Virus record (IMG/VR): IMGVR_UViG_3300020383_000006
Coordinates: 81,505 to 145,504 of that record
Length of the DNA stretch: 64,000 nt
Direction: 5' to 3' (one strand)
Origin: a virus
Position 1 is the first letter of the stretch; every line of letters begins with the position of its first letter. This document shows, piece after piece, positions 18,601 to 27,457 of the stretch. The position numbers were made by a program, and so were the translations under genes. The notes under the pieces were generated by a model. That model did not search any database and was not told the DNA's origin. It saw only the letters and a program-made list of their open reading frames with translations.

Positions 18601-20592
18601 ATAAGAATCAGGACCAAAGAAATCACCGTCAGAATGACCGTAATATTTGAAACTGATAGTAACAGGCATAACCGCAGTTTCACCTGACTTTAATTCAACT
18701 TCAGAAACATCATAAAAAGATTTTCTAACGTTTCTTCTCAAAGTAAATTTATTTGTAACGTCATTACCTTGATCATCAGTGATATTAGTAATTTCGTAAG
18801 CATCCGCTTTATTCAAAGAGATTCTACTATTAGAATCAACTGAACCAGTAGCAGTAGAATTTTCTAATGATTTAACTTTTTGTTGTACTTGCTGTTTAGC
18901 CATTTGCAAGAAAACAGTAACAGGTCTACCTGCTGAACCAGAACCAACATCAATCGTTAAACCAGAACCGTTTGGGTTTCCAGTTAAAACGTAATTATTT
19001 GTAACGTCCAATTCCGTATTGTCATCAGTGAACTGACCGATCGCGTAAACTGGGTTTTGTTCAAGGAAAACTTGATTAGAACCAGCACTGAAAGATATTT
19101 GGCCACTTGTGTTTAATGTTCCAGTGAAACGTTTAATTGTAGAGAATGAAGTATCTGACTCACCTAATTCATTATAAAGTGACCTAACGAATTCTACGTT
19201 CATTGGAAACACTAATGAATTTTCAGACGTTTCTTGTAAACCAGAAGTAACGTTTACATCAAAGCCTAGTCCTTCAGTAGAAACAAAAGAATCAGAACTA
19301 GAAATAAAAGATGAACTCGGTGTTCCATCCGGCAACCTTAAATCAAATAAGTAGAATTGATATTCGTTCCCTGATTTTCTAATTGCTCTAACTCTACCAG
19401 TACCAACAGGTGTACCTGTTAAGTTTCTGAATGTTCCCTTTTGAAATGATTCAGTATCAGGCAAATGAGAATTAGCGTTTAATTGAACGTTAATGTAATA
19501 ACCTAACGCAGTAGAAATAGAACTGTTATTGATTATAGATGTTGTTCTAGCTTTATCCATAATCACGTTAGTTTTAGAAAGCGTTTCTACTCTATAACCT
19601 TTAACGTATGCAATACCAGGATCTAGTTGTGCCACAAATTGGTCTTGTGATTCAGTACCAAAAACCGTATCATGTTCTTCTAAACCAATACCAAATGATT
19701 TAACAGTATAATCACCAGATTCTTCATAAGTTCTTTGCGCAAGCGTATCATTTAGTAAACTATAATCTGATTTATCAACTTTGCGTTGAACTTCACCATC
19801 TTTAATACGGAATATTTCAAAACAATTATCCGGTAAATCATCCAATTGGTTTAATTCAAATTGAACAAGGCGCGTATTGACTCTTAAACGATCTGCTCCA
19901 GGAGCTGTTTCATTAGGCTCACCACTAGCGTTATCATAAAGGGAAGAGTCTTCATTGTGTGTTACAACCTCTTCTTCGTATTCAATACATACTGACTTAG
20001 AAGGTTCATTAGAATATTTGTCTAATAGGATTGTTTCATCAGCAACTAGAACGAATTTACCATTTAAGTAATAAACGCCACTAGAGATTGAAAATTTAGA
20101 ACCTTTTCCTTTAGTAATTACTGAAGCAGTACCGATGGTTGTTGTACCGTCTTCCGCGTAAATCGTAATAGAATCAGTTTCTTCAAAAATGTTTGATGAG
20201 TTTGTATTAGAACCATCAGTATATTCAATGTATGCTGTATGGTTATCCGTTTGAGTTGCTTCAACGAATTGTTTAAGGATAGCTTTGACTCCGCTACCGT
20301 TTTCTAATACTATGCCATCAACCAATTGAGATGAGATATTTGAAAAATTGTTAATGTTTAGTGTAATAAAAGAATATTCTGTCGAATAGTTTGTTTGCCC
20401 TGGAATAACGACCGACCCCTCTTCAAACGTATGGTCAGCGAACCGTTTAATTTGTTCATTAAACATACTTTGAAGTTGGTTCATTTCACGAACTTGCACA
20501 CCCCTTGCAGGTCTGAACAACATTTCGTGAAAGTTTTTAGTTTTATCGTAGTCGTCATAATATGGAGCTACTGATTTATTAACTTCAGTCAT
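15700..20592 (-). CDS. VrlC-like / DUF4815 large virion structural protein
   Basis: PYYDDYD..FRP..VQVREMNQLQS, LAQRTYEESGDY, RRYTMRDIG, RFKNGFLTD, VNPYAVF, DPLAQSF. Confidence 0.9.
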   Translation of the reverse strand: MTEVNKSVAPYYDDYDKTKNFHEMLFRPARGVQVREMNQLQSMFNEQIKRFADHTFEEGSVVIPGQTNYSTEYSFITLNINNFSNISSQLVDGIVLENGSGVKAILKQFVEATQTDNHTAYIEYTDGSNTNSSNIFEETDSITIYAEDGTTTIGTASVITKGKGSKFSISSGVYYLNGKFVLVADETILLDKYSNEPSKSVCIEYEEEVVTHNEDSSLYDNASGEPNETAPGADRLRVNTRLVQFELNQLDDLPDNCFEIFRIKDGEVQRKVDKSDYSLLNDTLAQRTYEESGDYTVKSFGIGLEEHDTVFGTESQDQFVAQLDPGIAYVKGYRVETLSKTNVIMDKARTTSIINNSSISTALGYYINVQLNANSHLPDTESFQKGTFRNLTGTPVGTGRVRAIRKSGNEYQFYLFDLRLPDGTPSSSFISSSDSFVSTEGLGFDVNVTSGLQETSENSLVFPMNVEFVRSLYNELGESDTSFSTIKRFTGTLNTSGQISFSAGSNQVFLEQNPVYAIGQFTDDNTELDVTNNYVLTGNPNGSGLTIDVGSGSAGRPVTVFLQMAKQQVQQKVKSLENSTATGSVDSNSRISLNKADAYEITNITDDQGNDVTNKFTLRRNVRKSFYDVSEVELKSGETAVMPVTISFKYYGHSDGDFFGPDSYVNIPFGEVPTEDGRRLSDVIDFRPRVSDSGDDFFSTGSVSGAIPTPYSVMRSDIEHYLPRIDKLYVDSRQNFRVAKGVPALQPKEPNDPPNSMVLYKIEIPAYTPDISEIDSIKVKNRRYTMRDIGNIAQRVSNVEYYVSLNSLESEADSRQIIDGETGMNRFKNGFLTDRFVDHSVGDFAWQNYHVSMSEQGELRPEFSLNAVDLEMNTSSSTGVVVNGQIVTLPFTHETYVTQNQRSETMNVNPYAVFRWDGAVTLTPSVDSWIDPIYTQPDVTYRIFNNGELTQTWNSWELNWVGGETSETETETSTNRTMRGRRERRISTTVVNTTTTTRTNIEVVNDKVIDTSVIPYMRSKEILIEGEGNRPNAKMHFFFDSVKINNYVKPVGGSYGNDVVTDGDGKFEAVFLIPNTSQRRFKTGQKQFIVTDEPNNNRQLSTSYAETMFTASGIRQVRRRTIVATRNIETSVTSRTTTQTRWVDPLAQSFLVERNGGGFITKIDVFFATKDQRVPVTLQVREMENGQPTQRIVPGADVMLYPSEVNTSEDGSVPTTFEFEYPVHLLDQSEYCFVILSNSNNYNAWIGRLGERNLGNNQYIVEQPYAGVLFKSQNNSTWTADQTADLQFRIYMANFDTSSNGLVYLENTELDKIVLENNPIETVDGSSKLIIHAPRHNYIQGGTITIQNATGGNGFALNEINGDWTITDVLDPNRIEITSTGIANASGFIGEDTVTVSNTIQATLLRPNVPTIELDGTSVEYGVKGTRGQSIDGNENSYSQLTQYFPVANDRNNLLPQPWVITNRLDEQNNIGGSRSLSFRLRMNSGNSNISPVLDLQGLSVITPCVLVDYKDQDLNDGSNNFANYRTRVSGLKLPADSLNIFLDIMQGDEADTVITARYGNSEEEVLESSWEPLNQIVYNTSPNEYRECEFAVEGRSEFTHYQVMIQLKSKNASMAPICKRLRCIANLKG

Positions 20593-20602
20593 TTCTTATC
20601 CT

Positions 20603-21853
20603 TTAAAATGATACAATAAATTTGTATTCTTCGGTTTTTTCTTCTGACCTCGTAACGGGTTTTATATTTTTAAACCACAACAAGTTACCAGAGTTTTTCA
20701 AGTAATTACCTTTATTTATAACTTCTTCCGTTAACGGTAAATGTTCAGTATTAATTTTGTTAATGATTTCAGTGGTAAAACCTTCACCGTGTATTTTTGT
20801 ATCAAAACCGCTTAATATGGAGTCGGTGTAAAACATAGAGTTATCTTTATCAACCATTAATACATTAATTTCTTCACCGCTAGAGGTACGTAATTTTTGA
20901 CCTCTTTTAATTTTTCTTATACAGGTTACTTTTACAACACAACCTTTTTTATTAGATAATCCTTTAGATACTACTCCAATTCTTCTATACGTTATACCAG
21001 TCGGCAACCCTTCTTTAGATCCTTCCAATTTTATATCAAGTAATTTGTATATTGCGTGTAATTCTTCTTTAGGGTTATAACCATGCCCACCTACTGGAGA
21101 AACAACAGGACGCATCACCGTATTACATGAGCATTCGTTAGATTGAACCTCAACGAACGCTCTTCTATACCCCTTCCCTGGATTTATAATTTTTACTTTT
21201 TCAATTTTACCATCTTTAATTATTGCTTTTGCTTCGCAACCGTAACCATCACCTTTTATGATAATTTTTGGTGATGTTTTAAAACAATTATTTTCATTAC
21301 CGGAAACTATATCTATTCTATCTATAGAACCATCATTTTTCCATTTTTCTTTCATTTGTACAGTATCGTAACAAGGAATATAACCAGTACCAGAAAAATT
21401 TCTTCTGTCCTCTTTATTAACGGAATACATATAAACCCAAACGTATCCGTCTTGACAAGAAAAAGGTTTTTCTAAATTACCTCTCGGCATAACAGTAGAA
21501 ACTTCATAATTGTTATTATCAAGACATTTATAGACACCCCACTCTTCATTAATAACGTAAAAGTCTACAGGTTTATCTAAATCAACTTCATCATCGTATT
21601 GAGAATAAACTTTCCCTGAAATCCAAGTATTATCTTCTATGACCGTATGTAAATCTTCGGAATTGATTCTTTTAAGACAAAGAACATCATTTAAAACATC
21701 AATGTGAGTTTTAACTTCGTTCTTTGCTTCAGGCGGTTCTTGTTCATTTTCCCAAGGACTAGAATTCCCTAAAAAGAAATAATAAGGAACACAATTAAGT
21801 GATTTTTTAAATATGTCACTTGCCGCAATTTTCAGGGAATTTGTTGGTTTCAT
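20603..21853 (-). CDS. gp8: baseplate wedge subunit
   Basis: WISGKVYSQYDD, FYVINEEWGVYKCLDNN, DGYVWVYMY, PVGGHGYNPKEEL. Confidence 0.88.
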   Translation of the reverse strand: MKPTNSLKIAASDIFKKSLNCVPYYFFLGNSSPWENEQEPPEAKNEVKTHIDVLNDVLCLKRINSEDLHTVIEDNTWISGKVYSQYDDEVDLDKPVDFYVINEEWGVYKCLDNNNYEVSTVMPRGNLEKPFSCQDGYVWVYMYSVNKEDRRNFSGTGYIPCYDTVQMKEKWKNDGSIDRIDIVSGNENNCFKTSPKIIIKGDGYGCEAKAIIKDGKIEKVKIINPGKGYRRAFVEVQSNECSCNTVMRPVVSPVGGHGYNPKEELHAIYKLLDIKLEGSKEGLPTGITYRRIGVVSKGLSNKKGCVVKVTCIRKIKRGQKLRTSSGEEINVLMVDKDNSMFYTDSILSGFDTKIHGEGFTTEIINKINTEHLPLTEEVINKGNYLKNSGNLLWFKNIKPVTRSEEKTEEYKFIVSF

Positions 21854-21894
21854 TTTATTGCCTATGCAATTGATTAAAAATTATACTTATACCA

Positions 21895-22200
21895 TTATTT
21901 ATATATTCCAATTTTTACCTTATGTTCTATTAACCGTTCTTCAATTCTTTTTACATCTTCTTTGTTGGTCACTATATCTTTTTGGGCTATTGCTACATCT
22001 GTCTCAATTGACCTAATGGCCAGACTATTCTCTTTTATAGTTTCTTTTTCCCAGGCATTTAATCCATCTGACACAACAAGCTCCAACTGAATATATTAAT
22101 TATTAAAAGTATTTAATCAGAAGAGTATATATAAATAAAGAGATACCCCCAGCTGACCCTAAAAATACTTTCCTAGCCTATTCACTTTCTTCATTCTCTC
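21895..22200 (-). pseudogene. possible decayed coiled-coil/membrane gene remnants
   Basis: A 63-aa coiled-coil ORF with a TTG start and no clear RBS, plus an upstream stop-interrupted hydrophobic frame (ARKVFLGSAGGISLFIYTLLIKYF). Confidence 0.3.
21896..21903 (-). promoter_or_regulatory. late promoter TATAAATA (gp8)
   Basis: Exact consensus about 43 bp upstream of gp8. Confidence 0.7.
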
Positions 22201-22223
22201 ATTCACCGGATACTCGTTTGTTC

Positions 22224-22616
22224 TCAAACATTTTCAAGGTCCGGTTTTTCGGGATACGTAAAGTTAAACGGGTAACCAGGCTGATCGGTGATATCTAGCA
22301 AAGATTTTCTGTAATTCTTGATCTCTTCTTTTAAATCTCCACTAACACTTTCCCACCTCAATGGGTTGCTTGCTACCTTATCTATTTCCTGCAGTAGCCG
22401 TGCTCTTTTCATCCTTGCCTCGGCATCCTTTTCTTCATAGGAGGGCTGATACTCGGCATATCCTTGTACTTTAACTAATTCATACACCTCTCTTCCCAGT
22501 TCCTCTGAGTCATCTGGTGATGCTGTAAAAGGAATCCACCCAAAACCTGGGTGGTTCAATTGAAGATCAATAGTGCCGTCTTTATTCTCTATGCAGTTTT
22601 TTATAGTGTAACTCAT
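22224..22616 (-). CDS. tail fibre assembly chaperone (Tfa-like); start probably 22616
   Basis: HPGFGWIPFTASPDDSEELGR, ARMKRARLL, YRKSLLDITDQPGYPFNFTYPEKP. Confidence 0.88.
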   Translation of the reverse strand: MSYTIKNCIENKDGTIDLQLNHPGFGWIPFTASPDDSEELGREVYELVKVQGYAEYQPSYEEKDAEARMKRARLLQEIDKVASNPLRWESVSGDLKEEIKNYRKSLLDITDQPGYPFNFTYPEKPDLENV

Positions 22617-22623
22617 CTTTACC

Positions 22624-24759
22624 TCACGCAATTCTTACAAATAATGTAGTACTTTCCGAAGCATTCCAGTCGGCATTCGCCCACCCCATACACCGCCATG
22701 TGCCTGGCAAACTGATTTTATCCCTTGCTTCAAAAGAGTTAACCGATGAAGCGTCCAGTTTGCTTCCGCTTATTGTATCGCCAGGTCTATATGTTGGTCC
22801 TCCGTCCACATACGCAACGTGTGCTAGCATATATGACCCTACAGCATTAGCATTTGGTTTTCTTGCTGAATATCTTTCATCTGATTCAGACTTACTGTAG
22901 CACGATACGTTTCTAACACTAGATAGACCTACATCTGATTTAGTCGTGCCGCTTCTAATAGAAGAAACCGATGTAGTAGCCGCATCAGATAACCCTAGAT
23001 TACTTCTTGCCGTTGACTTATCAGGTAAATCGGCTAGGTTACTTGATTCATTTAAATACCGAGCATCATAATGTGCTCTAGAATAGTTATCTACAAAACT
23101 TAGACCTACATCAGATTTAGTAGTTGCTTGTGCTCTTAGTCCAGAATATGTACCAGAGGTATTGGCTTTGGAAGATGGATTGAAATTACCCGCATGCCAA
23201 ACCTTGCTACCGTCCGTGTATAATCCATCGGATTTCATTTCTATGGGGTGGTAAGAAGACCCGTCATACCAGTTCTCCCTGTAAAATGAGTACCCGCTTG
23301 AGCTGTTACGGAATTTGTGAATGGTAGCTGTCGTACCATCATCACGAGCGTCCCAATTTACATGTGCAGAAGTAGCAGAATCATAAAGCCTGAATCTAGT
23401 GGATATCGTTTGCGATCCTGATGTTCTTATAAACCCACTTGAGCTAATACCGTCCAACTTATCAGCATCAACTGCTTTACCTCCAGCAGCCAAATAACGA
23501 CTGTCATAATGTGCTCTTGAGTAGTTATCCACCGAACCTAAACCCACATCGGATTTAGTTGTTCCCTTAGCACGTAAACTAGCAGTTCCTGTTAATCCAG
23601 AACCACTTCCAGAAAACGATGTTGCTGTTATACTCCCACCAAAATTGGCATTGCCATTAGTATCTATTAGTGTGGTTACTCGATTTAGCCCACTACTTAG
23701 ATTATCACTAGAAGCATAAACTTTAACACCATTTTCACCAGCTATATGAACAATTTCACCACCGAAACCGCCCATGCTACTCATAGATTCACCAGCACCA
23801 ATCTTTATCTCGGTGCCATTGCCAACATATTGAGTACTGGATACTTGATTAAAATCTACATTACTATTTGTGTTTAAACTCTGATTAGCAAAGTTAACCA
23901 TTGATGTAGTAATAGTAGGTAATCTAGAACTACTTAAAGTACCACTAGAAATATTGCCAGCATTTGTAGCGTCTACATTAGGAACATTACCTAAACCAAC
24001 ATCAGCTTTTGTAGTACCTGTAGCTCTTAATGAAGCTGTTCCAGTCAAACCAGAACCATTTCCTGAAATGTTTCCTGATACGTTTAAATCGCCATCAGTT
24101 TTAATGGAACCCTTAACATATAAACCGTTGGTAGGTACTTTAGATGAATCACTATATGAACTTGAAACAAGTAATTCATTTGTATTGATGGGTAAAGCTC
24201 CATTACCTTTTAGAAAACTTAACCTATCGTTACTCCCTTGAATAGCTCCAGATAAATATAAATTATCTCCATGATAATTACCTGTAACATATAAACTTTT
24301 TGTGCTTCCTTCATATTCAATACCAGAATGGGTGTATATTCTATTGTCATCTATAACTGTGCCTATAGAATATCTACCACTAAAAGTTGTACCACCTTTA
24401 TAAAAAGCACCGACTTGTGTAGCTGTTATACTTGTTAATCCTGAACCGTTTCCTGAAATTGTACCTGAGACTTCTAAATCAGTTGATACTTCAACTTTAG
24501 AGTTATCGTTATAAACATTAATAGCTCTACGCAAAGTACCATCATAAGAAAACCATGTGGATACTGAATTACCATTACCAAAAGCAAACCCATTAGTTCC
24601 ATTAGGGTCAGTATATAATGCATTACCTTCTAAATTTACTGCGTCCCAAGAGTTTTCTTTTATTTGTACATTTTCACTGAATTTAGCTTTTAACCCTACA
24701 GATAGCTCTCCTGTAACAGTTAAATCACCATAGTTTATTGAATCAAATAATTTTGCCAT
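22624..24759 (-). CDS. distal tail fibre protein
   Basis: TTK(S/A)DVGL repeats, KVWHAGNF, C-terminal VGSYMLA...PGTWRCMG...TLFVRIA tip; followed by the Tfa chaperone. Confidence 0.85.
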   Translation of the reverse strand: MAKLFDSINYGDLTVTGELSVGLKAKFSENVQIKENSWDAVNLEGNALYTDPNGTNGFAFGNGNSVSTWFSYDGTLRRAINVYNDNSKVEVSTDLEVSGTISGNGSGLTSITATQVGAFYKGGTTFSGRYSIGTVIDDNRIYTHSGIEYEGSTKSLYVTGNYHGDNLYLSGAIQGSNDRLSFLKGNGALPINTNELLVSSSYSDSSKVPTNGLYVKGSIKTDGDLNVSGNISGNGSGLTGTASLRATGTTKADVGLGNVPNVDATNAGNISSGTLSSSRLPTITTSMVNFANQSLNTNSNVDFNQVSSTQYVGNGTEIKIGAGESMSSMGGFGGEIVHIAGENGVKVYASSDNLSSGLNRVTTLIDTNGNANFGGSITATSFSGSGSGLTGTASLRAKGTTKSDVGLGSVDNYSRAHYDSRYLAAGGKAVDADKLDGISSSGFIRTSGSQTISTRFRLYDSATSAHVNWDARDDGTTATIHKFRNSSSGYSFYRENWYDGSSYHPIEMKSDGLYTDGSKVWHAGNFNPSSKANTSGTYSGLRAQATTKSDVGLSFVDNYSRAHYDARYLNESSNLADLPDKSTARSNLGLSDAATTSVSSIRSGTTKSDVGLSSVRNVSCYSKSESDERYSARKPNANAVGSYMLAHVAYVDGGPTYRPGDTISGSKLDASSVNSFEARDKISLPGTWRCMGWANADWNASESTTLFVRIA

Positions 24760-24760
24760 T

Positions 24761-27448
24761 TTAACCTTCTATAAATTCTTTTGAGTAAACTGTTTTGGAA
24801 TCAAAATTACTTTTTAAAGCTGAATTAGCTTCATCCATTATTTCTTTTTCTGTTAAAGGTTTACTGAAAATTTTAAAATTAGCCATTTCACCATGAAAAC
24901 TTGGTGCATAAGTATAGCTTGCTGATCCTGTAGACTGACCTATAGAACTAAAACTAAAGTATTCCCCACCAGGATTATTTCCGTCGTCCATTGAACCCGT
25001 GTAAAATAATTTTCCATTCTGGTACCAACGAACAGGTCTATTTGTTTCTCCATTAGCAAAAACAATAACAAAATTTGACCAAACACCTCGAACGTCATCG
25101 GGGAAGTTACTAGAACCGAAACTATAATTATTTTGTGTTGCTGCTTCAGTCCTAAAATACTTCCCTTGGCTATAAATTTCTATATGCCTGATAGTCGATG
25201 AGCCAAATAAAACAGCCAACCTATCCGCTGCGGACTCATCTACCTTGAGCCAAAAACTATATGAACACCCTTCAGGATAATTATTTGTGTTTGTAATATT
25301 TTCTGGGACAGAAATATATTCTCCGGCTACACCAGCACCGTCTCCTGAACCAGGAAAATAATAACAACTTTTTCCATTAAGAAAATTGCCATCTAAAACA
25401 ACTGTTGAAGACGATCCGTTATGTTTATTGCCGGAGTAGTCTAAGAAATTTTTAGACAACGGCCAAAATGCTACCAAATTATTATTTATTCCAACTTCGT
25501 TTATTTCACCACAATTCATTCTTTTGTTTTCTACTTGCATCCCTTTTTGGGTATCGCTAGAACCATTAATTTCCTTGACGTATTCGTAGTTAGAAGAATC
25601 ATAGCCAGTAGCTAAAGCATGGACTGATGGTTCAGTTCCATCAACTACATCTAACCTAGGATAAACAAATTGTTGCTTAGTTGCTGTATCAGTAGAGTAA
25701 TAAAGGTAAGAACGGTGACGTAGTGAAGTAGTTCCTGAAGCAAAAACATAGTCTCTTTCTATGTCACTTACTTTATTCCCCTTTATATCATAAAAGCCTG
25801 AATCCGGATGGTTGCCCCCTGTACCTGATCCGGCTGGCCATACATGACCTACCAATAAAAACCATTCTCCTTCAGGATAACCCCAACCTCCTGACCAAAA
25901 ATATGGGTTACTGTTTGAGGAACCATTGCTTCTATTCAAAACGTTGGAACCACCGCCATTACAACCTAAATAAGTTGATCCATTACCACGAACGGTTCTT
26001 CTAATCCAAACTGAAAAACGGTGTAATTTATTATTATCAATAGACTTGTAGCTGGTATTCCACCCACCATCAGCGTTTGAACTTGAATCCGTTCTTGCTT
26101 CCCATATAACAGATTTTTTCCCGTGCGGATCAACATCAATTATTCTGTAATTTTCTGAATCAGCACCATTTCTACTAAATCCAGAAGCTGAACCCGTAGT
26201 ACCTTCAACCCAAGTAGTATAGTCAAGCAAGTTACTACCGATATTACCTGTTTCATTAATCATCTTTGTGGATGCGTTAGCATGCTTATCAAAGGCTAAA
26301 CTTGTTTTATATGCGTTAGCTACCTCTTCATCAGAAAAAGCTCTTGCGTACTGTTTAACGCCCTGTAATTTACCAACAAAATCACTAGTATATCCTGTAC
26401 CTATTTGGAGATCATACGTAGATGCACCAATTGAGGTTAGGTTCATAGGTTCACTAAGATCGGGTTGACCATTAATATAAAACTGCCAAATTTGGTTTTT
26501 AATGTTTCTAACTACAGTAATATGAACCCACTTATTTAAAGGTATTCCACCACTACTTCTTAAAGATCTATAACCACTACCATCGTTTCCGTTTGGTCCG
26601 GAATAAAACCTGAAAAACCTTCCTGCCTCAAAATTTAAAGTGCCTTCCCCACTATACCCCTTATTCCATATTGTTTGTCTTCTGCTATCAGTAGTAGGGT
26701 AAACCCACATAGAAATGGTCATATTACCTGTGATAGTAGGCGAATTAGGTACAGTTATGTGTTTACCGGAATCATCAGAATTATCATTTACTTCTTGTAA
26801 TTTAGATAGAGAAAGAAGTTTGTATTCCTCTTCAACTTCTTTTGTGCTTAGTACATGGTCAAAAAATTTGAACTGGCTTAACTGCATACCATCACCGTTC
26901 AAAGAATTTGACCCTACACCACCACCAGAGCCAATAGTGTAATCAGTGTCATTAAAAGACCAATTTTTAAAATCACTGGGAGGAGTCAAACTTTCTACTA
27001 AATTACCGTCAAGATAAATTTTTGTGTAACCATCAATACTTCTGGTTCCAACTATGTGATACCATTTGTCTACTTCTAACCCATAAATTCCAGGCCATGC
27101 TCTATAAGCTTCAATTGAACCATCATCTTTTTCATAGTGTGAATACCATCTGAAAAACCCATCAATATCTCTACTATTTCTATAAAGCATGAAACCAGTA
27201 TTACCTCTTCTGTTACCTAATATAGCAATACTTTTCCAAGTAGCGTCCGTTTTTCTAAACCAGACACTGAAAGACCAATTTCTAAACTTAGATTCATTTA
27301 TTTTTGTTTGTATTTGTCCATATGAGAATTCAGCACAGTCATCAACAATGCCGTCTACAAAAGAAACATTGTCGCTTATATTTCCACCAAAATTACCCTT
27401 CAAATCTTTTTCATTTCCATTTAAAGGAAAATATGCAATTAAACTCAT
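24761..27448 (-). CDS. multi-LamG (concanavalin A-like) fibre-associated protein, putative hinge
   Basis: LIAYFPLNG, WYHIVGT, IYLDG, KWVHITVV, YARAFSDEEV; three LamG domains plus a CBM-like domain. Confidence 0.8.
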   Translation of the reverse strand: MSLIAYFPLNGNEKDLKGNFGGNISDNVSFVDGIVDDCAEFSYGQIQTKINESKFRNWSFSVWFRKTDATWKSIAILGNRRGNTGFMLYRNSRDIDGFFRWYSHYEKDDGSIEAYRAWPGIYGLEVDKWYHIVGTRSIDGYTKIYLDGNLVESLTPPSDFKNWSFNDTDYTIGSGGGVGSNSLNGDGMQLSQFKFFDHVLSTKEVEEEYKLLSLSKLQEVNDNSDDSGKHITVPNSPTITGNMTISMWVYPTTDSRRQTIWNKGYSGEGTLNFEAGRFFRFYSGPNGNDGSGYRSLRSSGGIPLNKWVHITVVRNIKNQIWQFYINGQPDLSEPMNLTSIGASTYDLQIGTGYTSDFVGKLQGVKQYARAFSDEEVANAYKTSLAFDKHANASTKMINETGNIGSNLLDYTTWVEGTTGSASGFSRNGADSENYRIIDVDPHGKKSVIWEARTDSSSNADGGWNTSYKSIDNNKLHRFSVWIRRTVRGNGSTYLGCNGGGSNVLNRSNGSSNSNPYFWSGGWGYPEGEWFLLVGHVWPAGSGTGGNHPDSGFYDIKGNKVSDIERDYVFASGTTSLRHRSYLYYSTDTATKQQFVYPRLDVVDGTEPSVHALATGYDSSNYEYVKEINGSSDTQKGMQVENKRMNCGEINEVGINNNLVAFWPLSKNFLDYSGNKHNGSSSTVVLDGNFLNGKSCYYFPGSGDGAGVAGEYISVPENITNTNNYPEGCSYSFWLKVDESAADRLAVLFGSSTIRHIEIYSQGKYFRTEAATQNNYSFGSSNFPDDVRGVWSNFVIVFANGETNRPVRWYQNGKLFYTGSMDDGNNPGGEYFSFSSIGQSTGSASYTYAPSFHGEMANFKIFSKPLTEKEIMDEANSALKSNFDSKTVYSKEFIEG

Positions 27449-27457
27449 TAATTCACC

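Noticed and set aside
21867-21880. CAATTGATTAAAAA also present at 51221-51234
   Set aside because: An AT-rich 14-mer in different contexts; chance is plausible.
22130-22137. TATAAATA on the plus strand
   Set aside because: Points antisense into the fibre genes with no downstream gene; expected by chance in AT-rich DNA.
22100-22200. In-frame TAG suggesting stop-codon reassignment
   Set aside because: All conserved genes are intact under the standard code, and TAG ends normal genes (61058, 62460).
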